Shown: positions 55,833 to 64,000 of the stretch, one piece after another
Numbering within the stretch: the stretch's first letter is position 1
Layout of the letters: the number at the start of each line of letters is the position of its first letter
DNA from: a virus
Taxonomy: Duplodnaviria; Heunggongvirae; Uroviricota; Caudoviricetes
Strand: one strand, 5' to 3'
DNA length: 64,000 nucleotides
Virus record (IMG/VR): IMGVR_UViG_3300042879_005260
Location: 29,514-93,513 of that record
Notes under the pieces: model-generated
The model's database searches: none
What the model was told of the DNA's origin: nothing
The model's input: the letters and a program-made list of their open reading frames with translations, nothing else
Translations under genes and position numbers: made by a program

Positions 55833-57674
55833 TTAAATTTTGATTTTGTAATTATTGGGTAGATGATTTTTATTTAAAAAATTAATTAATTCTTCTGCAA
55901 TTTTATCGTTTTCATCGATTGGTTTTTGGTTTCCTTTTGTTGGGTAATTACCACTATGTTGAGCCTTTCTAAAAATCAATGATTCTTTATAAATTTTATC
56001 TAAAGTATTATCTTCATAAATAACTATGCACTTCTCTTCAAAAGAAGTTGGTTCGTAAACTTCTTTAATGTTAATCGTTGTATTTTCTTTATTTATTTTT
56101 TTTGTTATCGGCAAATACACCTCAAGAGTGGAACCAGAATTTTCTGTTTGTATATGGAAAATACGTGAATACCCATTTTTTACCTTATTACCGTAACCAC
56201 CAACACAATGACCCATCATTTGGCCTTCAGATTTAAGATCAATAACGGTTGTTAACTCTTTAACATTTTTTGCCCATTTAAAATCTTTAAGGTCAATTTT
56301 ATCAACCAATTCTTTGGTGTTTGTTTCTTTTTCTTTTTTAAAAATTTCTAAAATAACATCATTAGTAATAGTATTACCTATTAAATCTTTATATTCTGAC
56401 CAATTCAAGGTTTCCAAAGAACCAATAAACCATTGGCCTTCTTTGTTTGTTAGATTTTTTATAAATTTAATAATTTGATAAGTTTCTTCTAACGTATTAG
56501 TGTGTTTTAAAAAATTACGCAATCTACCGTGTTCATGACAAAATTCATCGACATAATCAACATGTTTAACATTAAAATTACATTTATAATAATCTTTTTT
56601 TGACATCAACATCTCAAAAGTAAACCTATAGGAATTATAAGTAGGTTTTATTTCTGATTTATTCTTATCATCATCATTTCGAACCACTCTTTCCCAAACA
56701 TCTTCAACAGACTTTTTATCCAAAAAAACATTTTTATAAAATATTTTATTTATTTTATTTTGTTCACTTTTGTTACGATAATTATACATCAAATCCCAAA
56801 TCTTTTTTAATTTCGACATATTGTCAACAGATTCAAAGATGTCAAAATTTAACACAGGATCATAAGACCACAAGTTTTCTTTAATTTCGACATCATTGTG
56901 ATATTGTAAATCACTTGGTTTTAAAGGCCTTAAAATAAAATATTTTTCTATTTCATTTTTAAATTTATCATATTTTATTTTTGTTTCAGGGCCAATAATT
57001 TTGTTGATAGTTCTGTTGTTAAGGTTTTTTGCTGCAGCGGTTAAAAATCGCATTTCGTGTTTTATATCACAATAAGCGTTTAATTCTTTTATTTTTTTAA
57101 ATAACCTGATACTGCTCTGGATAGGTGAACAAGGGTTTATAACTCTGATTTGTTTGGTTTTTAAAAAATCCACAAATTCTGGTGTGTATATGATTTTTTC
57201 AGATTCTAAATCCAAACCGGCTTTACAACAATTTAAATCAAAACCGTCGATAACAACGTATTTTTCATTTTTATCACCATTACCCTTTTTATAAATATAA
57301 TTAATATTGTTGATTAAACCATTACGTGAATGGTTCACTACCCTCATCATAGAACCAGTTTCTGTTATGAAAATACGACCATAATGATCATCAACAATCT
57401 GTAAACCACTTTCAGTGATAAATGTTGTTGGGTACCAATTATCTTTAATCGATTTTACACCATTAATATTTGATTTTTTTTCTTCCTCGACACGGTGATA
57501 AACATCAATATCATTAATTACAGGTTGGCCACCGTGAACCATGGATGTTAGAATATTGGATACGGAGCCACCTGCGATAAAATCTTCGTTATTAATTTTA
57601 TCAATGTTAACGTATCTTTTTAAAATTTCTAAAACTTTATAGTAAGTTTCTTTTGAATCTAAAAACTGTTTCAT
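55833..57674 (-). CDS. hypothetical protein (613 aa, start adjusted)
   Basis: track start 57755 lies inside a terminator hairpin; the ATG at 57674 (MKQFLDSK) is preceded by TTATATTTG -7 box. Confidence 0.45.
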   Translation of the reverse strand: MKQFLDSKETYYKVLEILKRYVNIDKINNEDFIAGGSVSNILTSMVHGGQPVINDIDVYHRVEEEKKSNINGVKSIKDNWYPTTFITESGLQIVDDHYGRIFITETGSMMRVVNHSRNGLINNINYIYKKGNGDKNEKYVVIDGFDLNCCKAGLDLESEKIIYTPEFVDFLKTKQIRVINPCSPIQSSIRLFKKIKELNAYCDIKHEMRFLTAAAKNLNNRTINKIIGPETKIKYDKFKNEIEKYFILRPLKPSDLQYHNDVEIKENLWSYDPVLNFDIFESVDNMSKLKKIWDLMYNYRNKSEQNKINKIFYKNVFLDKKSVEDVWERVVRNDDDKNKSEIKPTYNSYRFTFEMLMSKKDYYKCNFNVKHVDYVDEFCHEHGRLRNFLKHTNTLEETYQIIKFIKNLTNKEGQWFIGSLETLNWSEYKDLIGNTITNDVILEIFKKEKETNTKELVDKIDLKDFKWAKNVKELTTVIDLKSEGQMMGHCVGGYGNKVKNGYSRIFHIQTENSGSTLEVYLPITKKINKENTTINIKEVYEPTSFEEKCIVIYEDNTLDKIYKESLIFRKAQHSGNYPTKGNQKPIDENDKIAEELINFLNKNHLPNNYKIKI

Positions 57675-57722
57675 AAAAATTATTTTCTGATTACAAATAT
57701 AAAAAATTTTATTGATATTATC

Positions 57723-57749
57723 AATAAAAAAACCCCTGAATTCAGGGGT
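57723..57749 (-). terminator. rho-independent terminator for minus-strand ncRNA
   Basis: cccctgaattcagggg hairpin followed on the minus strand by T7. Confidence 0.55.
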
Positions 57750-57756
57750 TTTCAAA

Positions 57757-58236
57757 AGGCCAAGGATTTATCCCCTGACTCCACCACCTAATTTTTACTG
57801 ACAAAAACAAGGAAAAAGATTTAAAGTGGAGATGTTGGGTGCCGCCCCCAAGTCTTGTTCTAACTCAAAAATGTCTTCTACATACTTAGGATAAAGTTTT
57901 CTAACTTTCCAAAAATATTCAGTTCCCTTATTGTACAGTTCGGTTTACTAACAACTTTACCTCTGCCATCTTATCTTTTCCAAGGTTAAGATGTTACCTG
58001 ATTCGGACTTCTGTTCCTAGGTTATCTGTCTACCGACCCGACGTTGTGTTAATCTTAGATTACGCTACAACTTCTGCCCCTTCAGTAGCAAAGCTACCTA
58101 CAGTTGCGTTTGCGAATACATCGCCATTTGGAATTTTGAGAGTTGGTTTTTAAGAGCCACCCTAACAAGTCTCTGTATGCTTACACATAATCGATTATTA
58201 GCCAATCAATTCTATTTCATCCCCATATTTTCAAAG
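57757..58236 (-). ncRNA. candidate ~480-nt structured ncRNA (unknown family)
   Basis: minus-strand promoter TTGACC..17..TTATATTTG at 58243-58274; terminator at 57723-57749; no ORF; visibly GC-richer than flanks; transcript would start near GGGGAUGAAAUAGAAUUGAUUGG. Confidence 0.35.
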
Positions 58237-58242
58237 AACAAT

Positions 58243-58274
58243 ACAAATATAAGAAACTTTTTTTAAATGGTCAA
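58243..58274 (-). promoter_or_regulatory. Bacteroidetes-type promoter (minus strand)
   Basis: reverse complement reads TTGACC, 17 nt, TTATATTTG. Confidence 0.45.
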
Positions 58275-58275
58275 A

Positions 58276-58467
58276 TTAAAGACTACCTAATGCGGCCGCT
58301 AATCTTTGTAGTTTTATCATTTCTTCTTTTAATTCTTTGATTCTTTTATGATCTTCAGGTGTTAAATTAAAATTAGATTCGATTAAACTTACTTCTCTTG
58401 TTAATTTATCGTGTTCTAACAATAAACTATTAAATTGTTTTGCCTTTTGTTCTACATTTGTATTCAT
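58276..58467 (-). CDS. hypothetical small coiled-coil protein
   Basis: ORF track 63 aa. Confidence 0.3.
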   Translation of the reverse strand: MNTNVEQKAKQFNSLLLEHDKLTREVSLIESNFNLTPEDHKRIKELKEEMIKLQRLAAALGSL

Positions 58468-58604
58468 AATATATTTTTAAATAAATATACCTAATATTTA
58501 TATATTATAAATGTTGTTTTATATGAAAAATTTAATTCGTAAAATAATAAAAGGTGAAAGGGATTATTTACTAAAATGACATAAAACTTAAAAGAAGAAT
58601 TTAA

Positions 58605-59210
58605 TTATTCACCATGATGGTCAACGTTAGAAATTTCTCTTTTTACCATTATTTCTTTAATTTCCTGGTAAGAAATCGGTTTATAATCAATACAGTTACA
58701 ACCAACATCGAGTACTTTTCGTCGATAATAATCTTGGTTTGATTTTATTAAACTGCCGTGGCAGTGCCCATGGATCATCCAACTGCCGTGATGTGCCCTA
58801 TTCCAACTAAGGATTGGATAATGACTCATTACTATTTGTTGATACCCATTTGCACCTCTTGCTTTTTTGTTGTCATCATCTTTAACCCAAATTTCGGTTC
58901 CATATTCGTGAATAGATTCCCAACGGTCAAGTTTAACAATATCTTTCATGTTGTCATGGTTTCCCATAATAAAATGTATTTTACCGTTAACAGAGTGTAC
59001 AAACCATTTTGCAACATCGCTACGACCAAAGCTTAAATCACCTAAATAATAAACAATATCTTCAGGTTGAACCACTTGGTTCCAGTTTTTAACTAATTCA
59101 GCGTGCATCTCCTCAACGGTCGCAAAAGGCCTGGAATCGTATTTTAAAACGTTTTTGTGACTTAAATGTAAATCACTTATAAAATATATGTTTTGAGTTT
59201 CGTACCTCAT
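58605..59210 (-). CDS. metallophosphoesterase (Ser/Thr phosphatase-like)
   Basis: ISDLHLSH, GDLSFG, GNHD, MSHYP, GHCHG motifs. Confidence 0.65.
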   Translation of the reverse strand: MRYETQNIYFISDLHLSHKNVLKYDSRPFATVEEMHAELVKNWNQVVQPEDIVYYLGDLSFGRSDVAKWFVHSVNGKIHFIMGNHDNMKDIVKLDRWESIHEYGTEIWVKDDDNKKARGANGYQQIVMSHYPILSWNRAHHGSWMIHGHCHGSLIKSNQDYYRRKVLDVGCNCIDYKPISYQEIKEIMVKREISNVDHHGE

Positions 59211-59398
59211 ATGGAATAATCAACTTTGTGTTTTGATTTTCTAGAATAATCCTTTACGGATTTGTGTGTTTGGTTTTTTGGACGATTGTGGAAACCAGAT
59301 TCAATCATCTCATTCCTGCGATTTGCTTTGTTTGCCTTAACCAAAGTACTTTTGGTGATATGTATTGTCATTGTTTTCATACCACAAAGATAAATCAA
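59207..59398 (-). CDS. hypothetical small basic protein
   Basis: ORF track 63 aa. Confidence 0.3.
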   Translation of the reverse strand: MIYLCGMKTMTIHITKSTLVKANKANRRNEMIESGFHNRPKNQTHKSVKDYSRKSKHKVDYSI

Positions 59399-59425
59399 AA
59401 AAACATATTGGCAAAATATTTTATC

Positions 59426-59932
59426 TTATTTTATATCATAAGAAATATCCTTTTCTTTCAAAACATCTTCAATAACCGGATTTGGTTTTGTTAATATAAC
59501 TTTAATAATATATTTATTCAAATTTGTAACATCCCCAAAGACCCTTTCTTCCATTTCATCGTATTCCCTACCACCAAATTGTGAATAAGGTGTTATTTTA
59601 TAATTTTGTGAAATTTTATCGCCATCTAAAACAAATTGTACATTATCATCTGTTCTTATATAATTTTTGTTCCTAGTAAAAGAAATAAATTCTTTCATTT
59701 TTATTTTATCTTTCGGTATCAAATTACCAAAAATAAAATAAAAATCTTCGGGTTTATTTCTAAAATCTGTTACAATATTGTTTGTGTATGATTGTGCAAC
59801 TAACTTATTGTCTTTTAAAATATTTATCGCATTTATTGGTGATGTGTTATGATATAAAATACCAACTTTTTTCCCTTCAGTAAGATTTACATTTTTAAAC
59901 TTTTCAATAAGTAACCTCATCTCTTTACTCAT
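59426..59932 (-). CDS. hypothetical protein
   Basis: ORF track 168 aa. Confidence 0.4.
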   Translation of the reverse strand: MSKEMRLLIEKFKNVNLTEGKKVGILYHNTSPINAINILKDNKLVAQSYTNNIVTDFRNKPEDFYFIFGNLIPKDKIKMKEFISFTRNKNYIRTDDNVQFVLDGDKISQNYKITPYSQFGGREYDEMEERVFGDVTNLNKYIIKVILTKPNPVIEDVLKEKDISYDIK

Positions 59933-59960
59933 AATTTTGTTTTATAAATAAATATATAAG

Positions 59961-60347
59961 TTAGAAGTTTTGTTTTTTAAAATTCTCCAGGTAAGAAACA
60001 ATATTGACCTTTCCAACGGGATTGGCGGAATGTACTTTATATTTTGGTAATTTTAAATTGTTATCAAGACAGTACTCACACAACCATTTTGCGGCATCAT
60101 ATCCTGTTTTTTCTTTAAAATTAGCTTCCATTGGGTCAGGTGGACTTTCATGGCCACCGTTGTTATAAAACCATCTTGTATGTTCAAAACCAAGGTCATG
60201 GTCAAAACTAATAAAATCTGGAAGGCCAAACTTTTGGATAAAATTAACAAATTCGTGGTAATTTCTGGCTATGGCCCAATCTTTGGGTTTATAATTTGGG
60301 TATATCATGTTGATATCCCTAACGTCATCTAAAAAAAGATTTTTCAT
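59961..60347 (-). CDS. hypothetical protein
   Basis: ORF track 128 aa, adjacent to DHFR. Confidence 0.4.
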   Translation of the reverse strand: MKNLFLDDVRDINMIYPNYKPKDWAIARNYHEFVNFIQKFGLPDFISFDHDLGFEHTRWFYNNGGHESPPDPMEANFKEKTGYDAAKWLCEYCLDNNLKLPKYKVHSANPVGKVNIVSYLENFKKQNF

Positions 60348-60363
60348 TTTACAAATATAAGTA

Positions 60364-60831
60364 TTATTTTTTTCTTATCCAAGTCTGATATTTAAAGTTT
60401 TCTTTTTGTTCTTTAAAATAAGAACGCCAATCTTTTTCACTATATTCGGGAAAATAAGTATCACCATGGTATTCACCATCAACAACGGTGGCATATATCC
60501 TATCTATCATTGGGAAAAACTCTTTATAAATCTGGCCACCACCAATAACAAAAACTTCTGCGTCTTTTGAAACTTCTTTAATAACTTCTTTAATGTCGTG
60601 AAAGACCAAACAATTTTCAGCTTTAAAACTTTTATCTTTGGTTAAAATAATGTTAAGTCTATTGGGTAAAGGTTTCCCTATGGACTCAAAAGTTTTTCGA
60701 CCCATAATAACGGCATGGCCCTGGGTTAACTTTTTAAAACGTTTTAAATCTTCAGGAAGGTACCACAATAATTTGTTGTCACCGCCAATTAAAAAATTTT
60801 TATCGTGAGCAACAATAGCAGAAAGTATCAT
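60364..60831 (-). CDS. folA: dihydrofolate reductase
   Basis: MILSAIVAHDKNFLIGGDNKLLWYLPEDLKRFKKLTQGHAVIMGRKTFESIG...VIGGGQIY matches DHFR. Confidence 0.8.
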   Translation of the reverse strand: MILSAIVAHDKNFLIGGDNKLLWYLPEDLKRFKKLTQGHAVIMGRKTFESIGKPLPNRLNIILTKDKSFKAENCLVFHDIKEVIKEVSKDAEVFVIGGGQIYKEFFPMIDRIYATVVDGEYHGDTYFPEYSEKDWRSYFKEQKENFKYQTWIRKK

Positions 60832-61013
60832 TTTATTAATTCTACCTTATAAATTTCTAAAAGTTTTTTGGGTTCTAGGTTTTTAATATCAGCAAAAAAT
60901 CGAATTGCGATTTCTAAACTTTCGGTTTGAACCTTTTTAAGGGTTTCACCAGATTTGTTTACTAGTTTATATTCTTTCATACGTGAAGTTTTTTTTATGT
61001 AAAAATAAATCAA
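60828..61013 (-). CDS. hypothetical small protein
   Basis: ORF track 61 aa. Confidence 0.3.
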   Translation of the reverse strand: MIYFYIKKTSRMKEYKLVNKSGETLKKVQTESLEIAIRFFADIKNLEPKKLLEIYKVELIK

Positions 61014-61285
61014 AAAATATAAAAAGTAAAAATATTTTTGTTTTTTTTTAGAGTGAGGAGGGGATTTTCACCCCTCGATGTCTCTTTTCGTGTTAAATCT
61101 AAAGGTACCTGATTTAGACCTTATAATTTGAGGCCAAACTTTCCGTCAAAAGTTCGCGTATGTCCTCCGCCACTCACTACTAAGAACAAATATAAGAAAT
61201 AAAAATTAATTTATCAACAGCTGACACCATTTTTTATTTCACCCCATTCTGGCATCTTATTTTATTTTGATGATATTTATTTAGT

Positions 61286-62179
61286 ATGACAAATATAGTA
61301 AAGAATATTATATTAGAACAACTTTTATTTGAAAATAGAAAACAAAAAATTACTGATTACTGGATATCTGCTTTAGAAAAATCAGGTCTTAATTTAAGAT
61401 ATCACTATACTGATACCACTATTAAAACTGTTATCGATTATTTATCAACCCAGGATCCTTCCAATGCAAACAAATATCTTGATTGGCTAACAAAACAAGT
61501 TTTTGGAAACCAGGTTTCTATGTTTAGTGCTAAAATGCACGCTGAACTTGATTATTACCATAAAAATTTACATAGAATAACACCAGATTTTTTAAATTAT
61601 TTAAGAAATTTAGAAAATGTTGGTTTAAGTTATGCAACGGATGAAAAAAAAATATTAAAAAACCCAAAAGATATTAACTCATTTTCAAATACTGATTCAT
61701 TAAAGTTTTTTAATGAAAATCTAAAAAATTTTAAAACCAAAGGCCAACTTTCAAAAGAAGAAATTGAATCAAAAAAAGTAATTAAATTATACGAAAGCCC
61801 ACACGTCTCGGTTGTTGTACCTTTAACAATGGAAGCTTCTTGTCGATATGGTGCAGGAACCAAATGGTGCACTGCGGCAAGACAAGAAAACGCTTTTGAA
61901 CATTATAATAAATTTAATGTATTAATTTATGTAATCCCCAAAAATCCAATAACGCCAGGTGTAAAATTGGCAATTCAAATACCACTCAAACAAACCGCAC
62001 CAGCAGGTTACCATTTCACGGCTTATGATGAAAAAGATCATCTGATACCGAATAAATTTGATATGTATGAAATTTTAATGATCTATATTAGAGATAAAGA
62101 CAACAACCCATTACCTATGGAGGCCCAAGACGTTGAAAAAGAAATTTGGCATTATTTTTTTCAACAAAGTGAAAATTAA
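61286..62179 (+). CDS. paralogous-family protein A member
   Basis: SPHVSVVVPLTMEASCRYGAGTKWCTAARQ. Confidence 0.45.
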   Translation: MTNIVKNIILEQLLFENRKQKITDYWISALEKSGLNLRYHYTDTTIKTVIDYLSTQDPSNANKYLDWLTKQVFGNQVSMFSAKMHAELDYYHKNLHRITPDFLNYLRNLENVGLSYATDEKKILKNPKDINSFSNTDSLKFFNENLKNFKTKGQLSKEEIESKKVIKLYESPHVSVVVPLTMEASCRYGAGTKWCTAARQENAFEHYNKFNVLIYVIPKNPITPGVKLAIQIPLKQTAPAGYHFTAYDEKDHLIPNKFDMYEILMIYIRDKDNNPLPMEAQDVEKEIWHYFFQQSEN

Positions 62180-62194
62180 AGATAATTATTATAA

Positions 62195-63178
62195 ATGAAA
62201 AATTTAATTACCGAGGGTAGATATGATAAAGTAACCACTGATGTTTCCAGAGAAATTGTGGAAACGGTTAAAAAAGGCCGTAAAAGTTTACAAACTAGAA
62301 TTAAACTCTTTGAAAGAACTTTTGTTGACATTAGTGTTTACATGCATTATGATGATAAAAAATTCATTAATGTTTATGGTGCGGCATATATAAACCCTAA
62401 AAGCATTAGAAAGTACTATAAAAACAAAAGAATTGTTTTACATATAGACCTCCCAATGTCATTAAAATTAAGAATGAAAACATTATCAGGTTTAATACCT
62501 GAAATTAAAAATATTGTTCGCCACGAAATTGAACATATAACGCAAAGTAAGTTTACCGATAGAGAACGTAAAAACTTTTTTTCACAAAGCAGAAATTATC
62601 CTGGAGATATAGAATATTGGGAATACCTAACGGAACCATATGAGGTTGAAGCACATGTTAGAGGTTTATATAAAAAAGCAAAAACAGTTAAAAAACCTTT
62701 AAATGATATGCTTCAAGATTATTTTAACTATTTAGGGGAACCTGAAGTTAATATGGATTCTGATGAAATTGACGCAGTTAAAAAAGCTTGGATTGCGTAT
62801 GCGAAGAAAAATCTTCCACAAAACGAAATGCGAAAATATGGTTATTTTGATGAAGAAGGCGTTGAAGAAGTAAATTATATCCGGGAAAATCATCGAGTTA
62901 TGGGTTTTAGGTATAAAAACCCCGATGTTAATGTTAGAATTAGCTTTAATACAACACCAGAAACAGGGAATATAAGATTTAAATTGATGGATATGATGGA
63001 TGAATTAGCTGTTAAAGTTAATTCGGTTATGGGGGGTGGTGGTAACTTGAATACTTATGTTATCGATATTAACGTATATGACGAAGTTGAAGCTCAAAAA
63101 ATTATCAATGATATGCGGTTGAAATTGTTATTAAATGGTATTATTGTTGATGATATCACTTACACGATAAAAAAATAA
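62195..63178 (+). CDS. HExxH-module protein (paralog of C-terminus of 43519..45789)
   Basis: RHEIEHITQ...KKPLNDMLQDYFNYLGE...AWIAYAKKNLPQ. Confidence 0.45.
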   Translation: MKNLITEGRYDKVTTDVSREIVETVKKGRKSLQTRIKLFERTFVDISVYMHYDDKKFINVYGAAYINPKSIRKYYKNKRIVLHIDLPMSLKLRMKTLSGLIPEIKNIVRHEIEHITQSKFTDRERKNFFSQSRNYPGDIEYWEYLTEPYEVEAHVRGLYKKAKTVKKPLNDMLQDYFNYLGEPEVNMDSDEIDAVKKAWIAYAKKNLPQNEMRKYGYFDEEGVEEVNYIRENHRVMGFRYKNPDVNVRISFNTTPETGNIRFKLMDMMDELAVKVNSVMGGGGNLNTYVIDINVYDEVEAQKIINDMRLKLLLNGIIVDDITYTIKK

Positions 63179-63186
63179 ATTTAATT

Positions 63187-63384
63187 ATGTTATTTTTAGA
63201 TAAAAACGGTAAAGAAATCAAACTTAAAGATTGTTTAGATGTTCCGTTAGATATTTTCTCTAACGGTGTTGTAACTAAAGACGAAAACAATAATCTCGCT
63301 TTGGAACTAAGATATGAATCTAAAAAAATACCATTACATAGTCTTAGTGAAAATATTTTTAAGTATATAAAAATATTAAATTAA
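63187..63384 (+). CDS. hypothetical small protein
   Basis: ORF track 65 aa. Confidence 0.3.
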   Translation: MLFLDKNGKEIKLKDCLDVPLDIFSNGVVTKDENNNLALELRYESKKIPLHSLSENIFKYIKILN

Positions 63385-63398
63385 AATTTATATAATCG

Positions 63399-63470
63399 AG
63401 GCCAGAGCAGAAATCGAATCTGCCTAAGGGTTTTTGCAGAACCCCACCTAAACCACTCGGTCATCCGGCC
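63399..63470 (-). tRNA. tRNA-Cys(GCA)
   Basis: reverse complement: acceptor GGCCGGA/TCTGGCC, anticodon arm GGGTT-CTGCAAA-AACCC, T-arm GCAGATTCGATTTCTGC. Confidence 0.55.
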
Positions 63471-63477
63471 ATTATTG

Positions 63478-63550
63478 TGGACCACAACGGAATCGAACCG
63501 TTAATTTCACTTGAATGCAAATCAAGTGCCCTACCTTCGGGATGTAGCCC
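63478..63550 (-). tRNA. tRNA-Ala(UGC)
   Basis: reverse complement: acceptor GGGCTAC/GTGGTCC with G3:U70; anticodon arm CTTGA-TTTGCAT-TCAAG; T-loop TTCGATT. Confidence 0.55.
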
Positions 63551-63564
63551 ATTTAATATTTTTG

Positions 63565-63637
63565 CGGTCCACACGGGAGTTGAACCCGTTCCATACTCCG
63601 TGACAGGGAGATATCTTAACCGTTTGACCTGTGGACC
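63565..63637 (-). tRNA. tRNA-Asp(GUC)
   Basis: reverse complement: acceptor GGTCCAC/GTGGACC, anticodon loop CTGTCAC, T-arm ACGGGTTCAACTCCCGT. Confidence 0.55.
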
Positions 63638-63641
63638 AGGG

Positions 63642-63729
63642 TGGGTGTGGTAGGACTCGAACCTACGATGTTTAGTCTAAAGACCTTTGATTTACAGTCA
63701 AAGCCAATCGCCACTATGGTGACACACCC
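63642..63729 (-). tRNA. tRNA-Tyr(GUA), class II
   Basis: reverse complement: acceptor GGGTGTG/CACACCC, anticodon arm TTTGA-CTGTAAA-TCAAA, long variable arm, T-arm GTAGGTTCGAGTCCTAC. Confidence 0.6.
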
Positions 63730-63748
63730 GAATATTTTAAAAACAAAA

Positions 63749-63786
63749 ACCCCACAACTTTTTAGGATTACCTGTAAGTTGTGGGG
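63749..63786. terminator. bidirectional hairpin (11-bp stem) flanked by A-run and T-run
   Basis: ccccacaactt...aagttgtgggg. Confidence 0.45.
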
Positions 63787-64000
63787 TTTAAAATTTTTAG
63801 TTTTTATCTTGTTATGAGAAAAGATTAAACACACCACAACCAATAACGTCACAATACGCTTTACAATCGGCTTTTGTTTTATATGTGTAATTCTTTTTCA
63901 TTTTCTTTTTTTTTATTTAAGGGTTTTAGTTGTTGACAAACCCCGTTCTGTATTTGCCTTTTATGGGGTGATTCTATTAAACCCGTTTAGAATCACAACT

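Noticed and set aside
57757-58236. tmRNA (ssrA) for the ~480-nt minus-strand ncRNA. It starts GGGGAUG and contains a possible tag-like frame ANATVGSFATEGAEVVA.
   Set aside because: No tRNA-like 3' end (T-arm plus CCA-adjacent acceptor) on that strand, and the tag end is atypical. The CUCCACCA-like string is on the other strand at the wrong end.
1-64000. cas genes (Cas1, Cas2, Cas9, Cas12, Cas13, HEPN) near the arrays.
   Set aside because: None of the ORFs shows Cas1/Cas2 motifs or paired R-x4-6-H HEPN motifs in a large protein. The arrays appear to be cas-less within this window, though the effector could be host-encoded or elsewhere in the genome.
1-64000. Alternative that the window is a bacterial chromosome segment rather than a phage.
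   Set aside because: Not fully excluded, but gene content (homing endonucleases, SbcCD, DHFR, bS21, own sigma factor, tRNA battery, tiny intergenic gaps, paralog families) and composition fit a large Bacteroidetes phage or prophage better.

Overview
The window is very AT-rich and densely packed with short ORFs separated by tiny gaps. It carries phage-type genes: Mre11/SbcD and Rad50/SbcC nuclease pair, HNH and GIY-YIG homing endonucleases, DHFR, RNase HII, two Nudix hydrolases, a sigma-70 factor, DnaJ, IF3 and ribosomal protein bS21. It also has about 26 tRNA genes in four clusters and several ORF-free blocks with promoter and terminator signals that look like structured RNAs. Promoters match the Bacteroidetes consensus (TTG, about 19 nt, TAnnTTTG) and several secreted proteins end in T9SS C-terminal sorting domains, so this is most likely a large phage of a Flavobacteriia/Bacteroidetes host, or a prophage-like island of one. 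The most unusual feature is a paralogous gene family with a shared 5' module (MKNLIRKILREEFDDFDW). Its members end in a conserved 36-bp sequence that is then repeated as CRISPR-like mini-arrays of 36-bp repeats and 28-30-bp spacers. The spacers are much more GC-rich than the surrounding DNA. There are five such arrays and no cas genes in the window. The repeat architecture (36 nt, complementary GCUG/CAGC termini, 30-nt spacers) resembles Bacteroidetes type VI-B (Cas13b) arrays. A second notable feature is a tRNA-Arg(UCU) gene split by a ~197-nt group I intron whose core resembles trnL-type introns. It sits inside a 2.6-kb ORF-free island of tRNAs, tRNA-like elements and large candidate ncRNAs.
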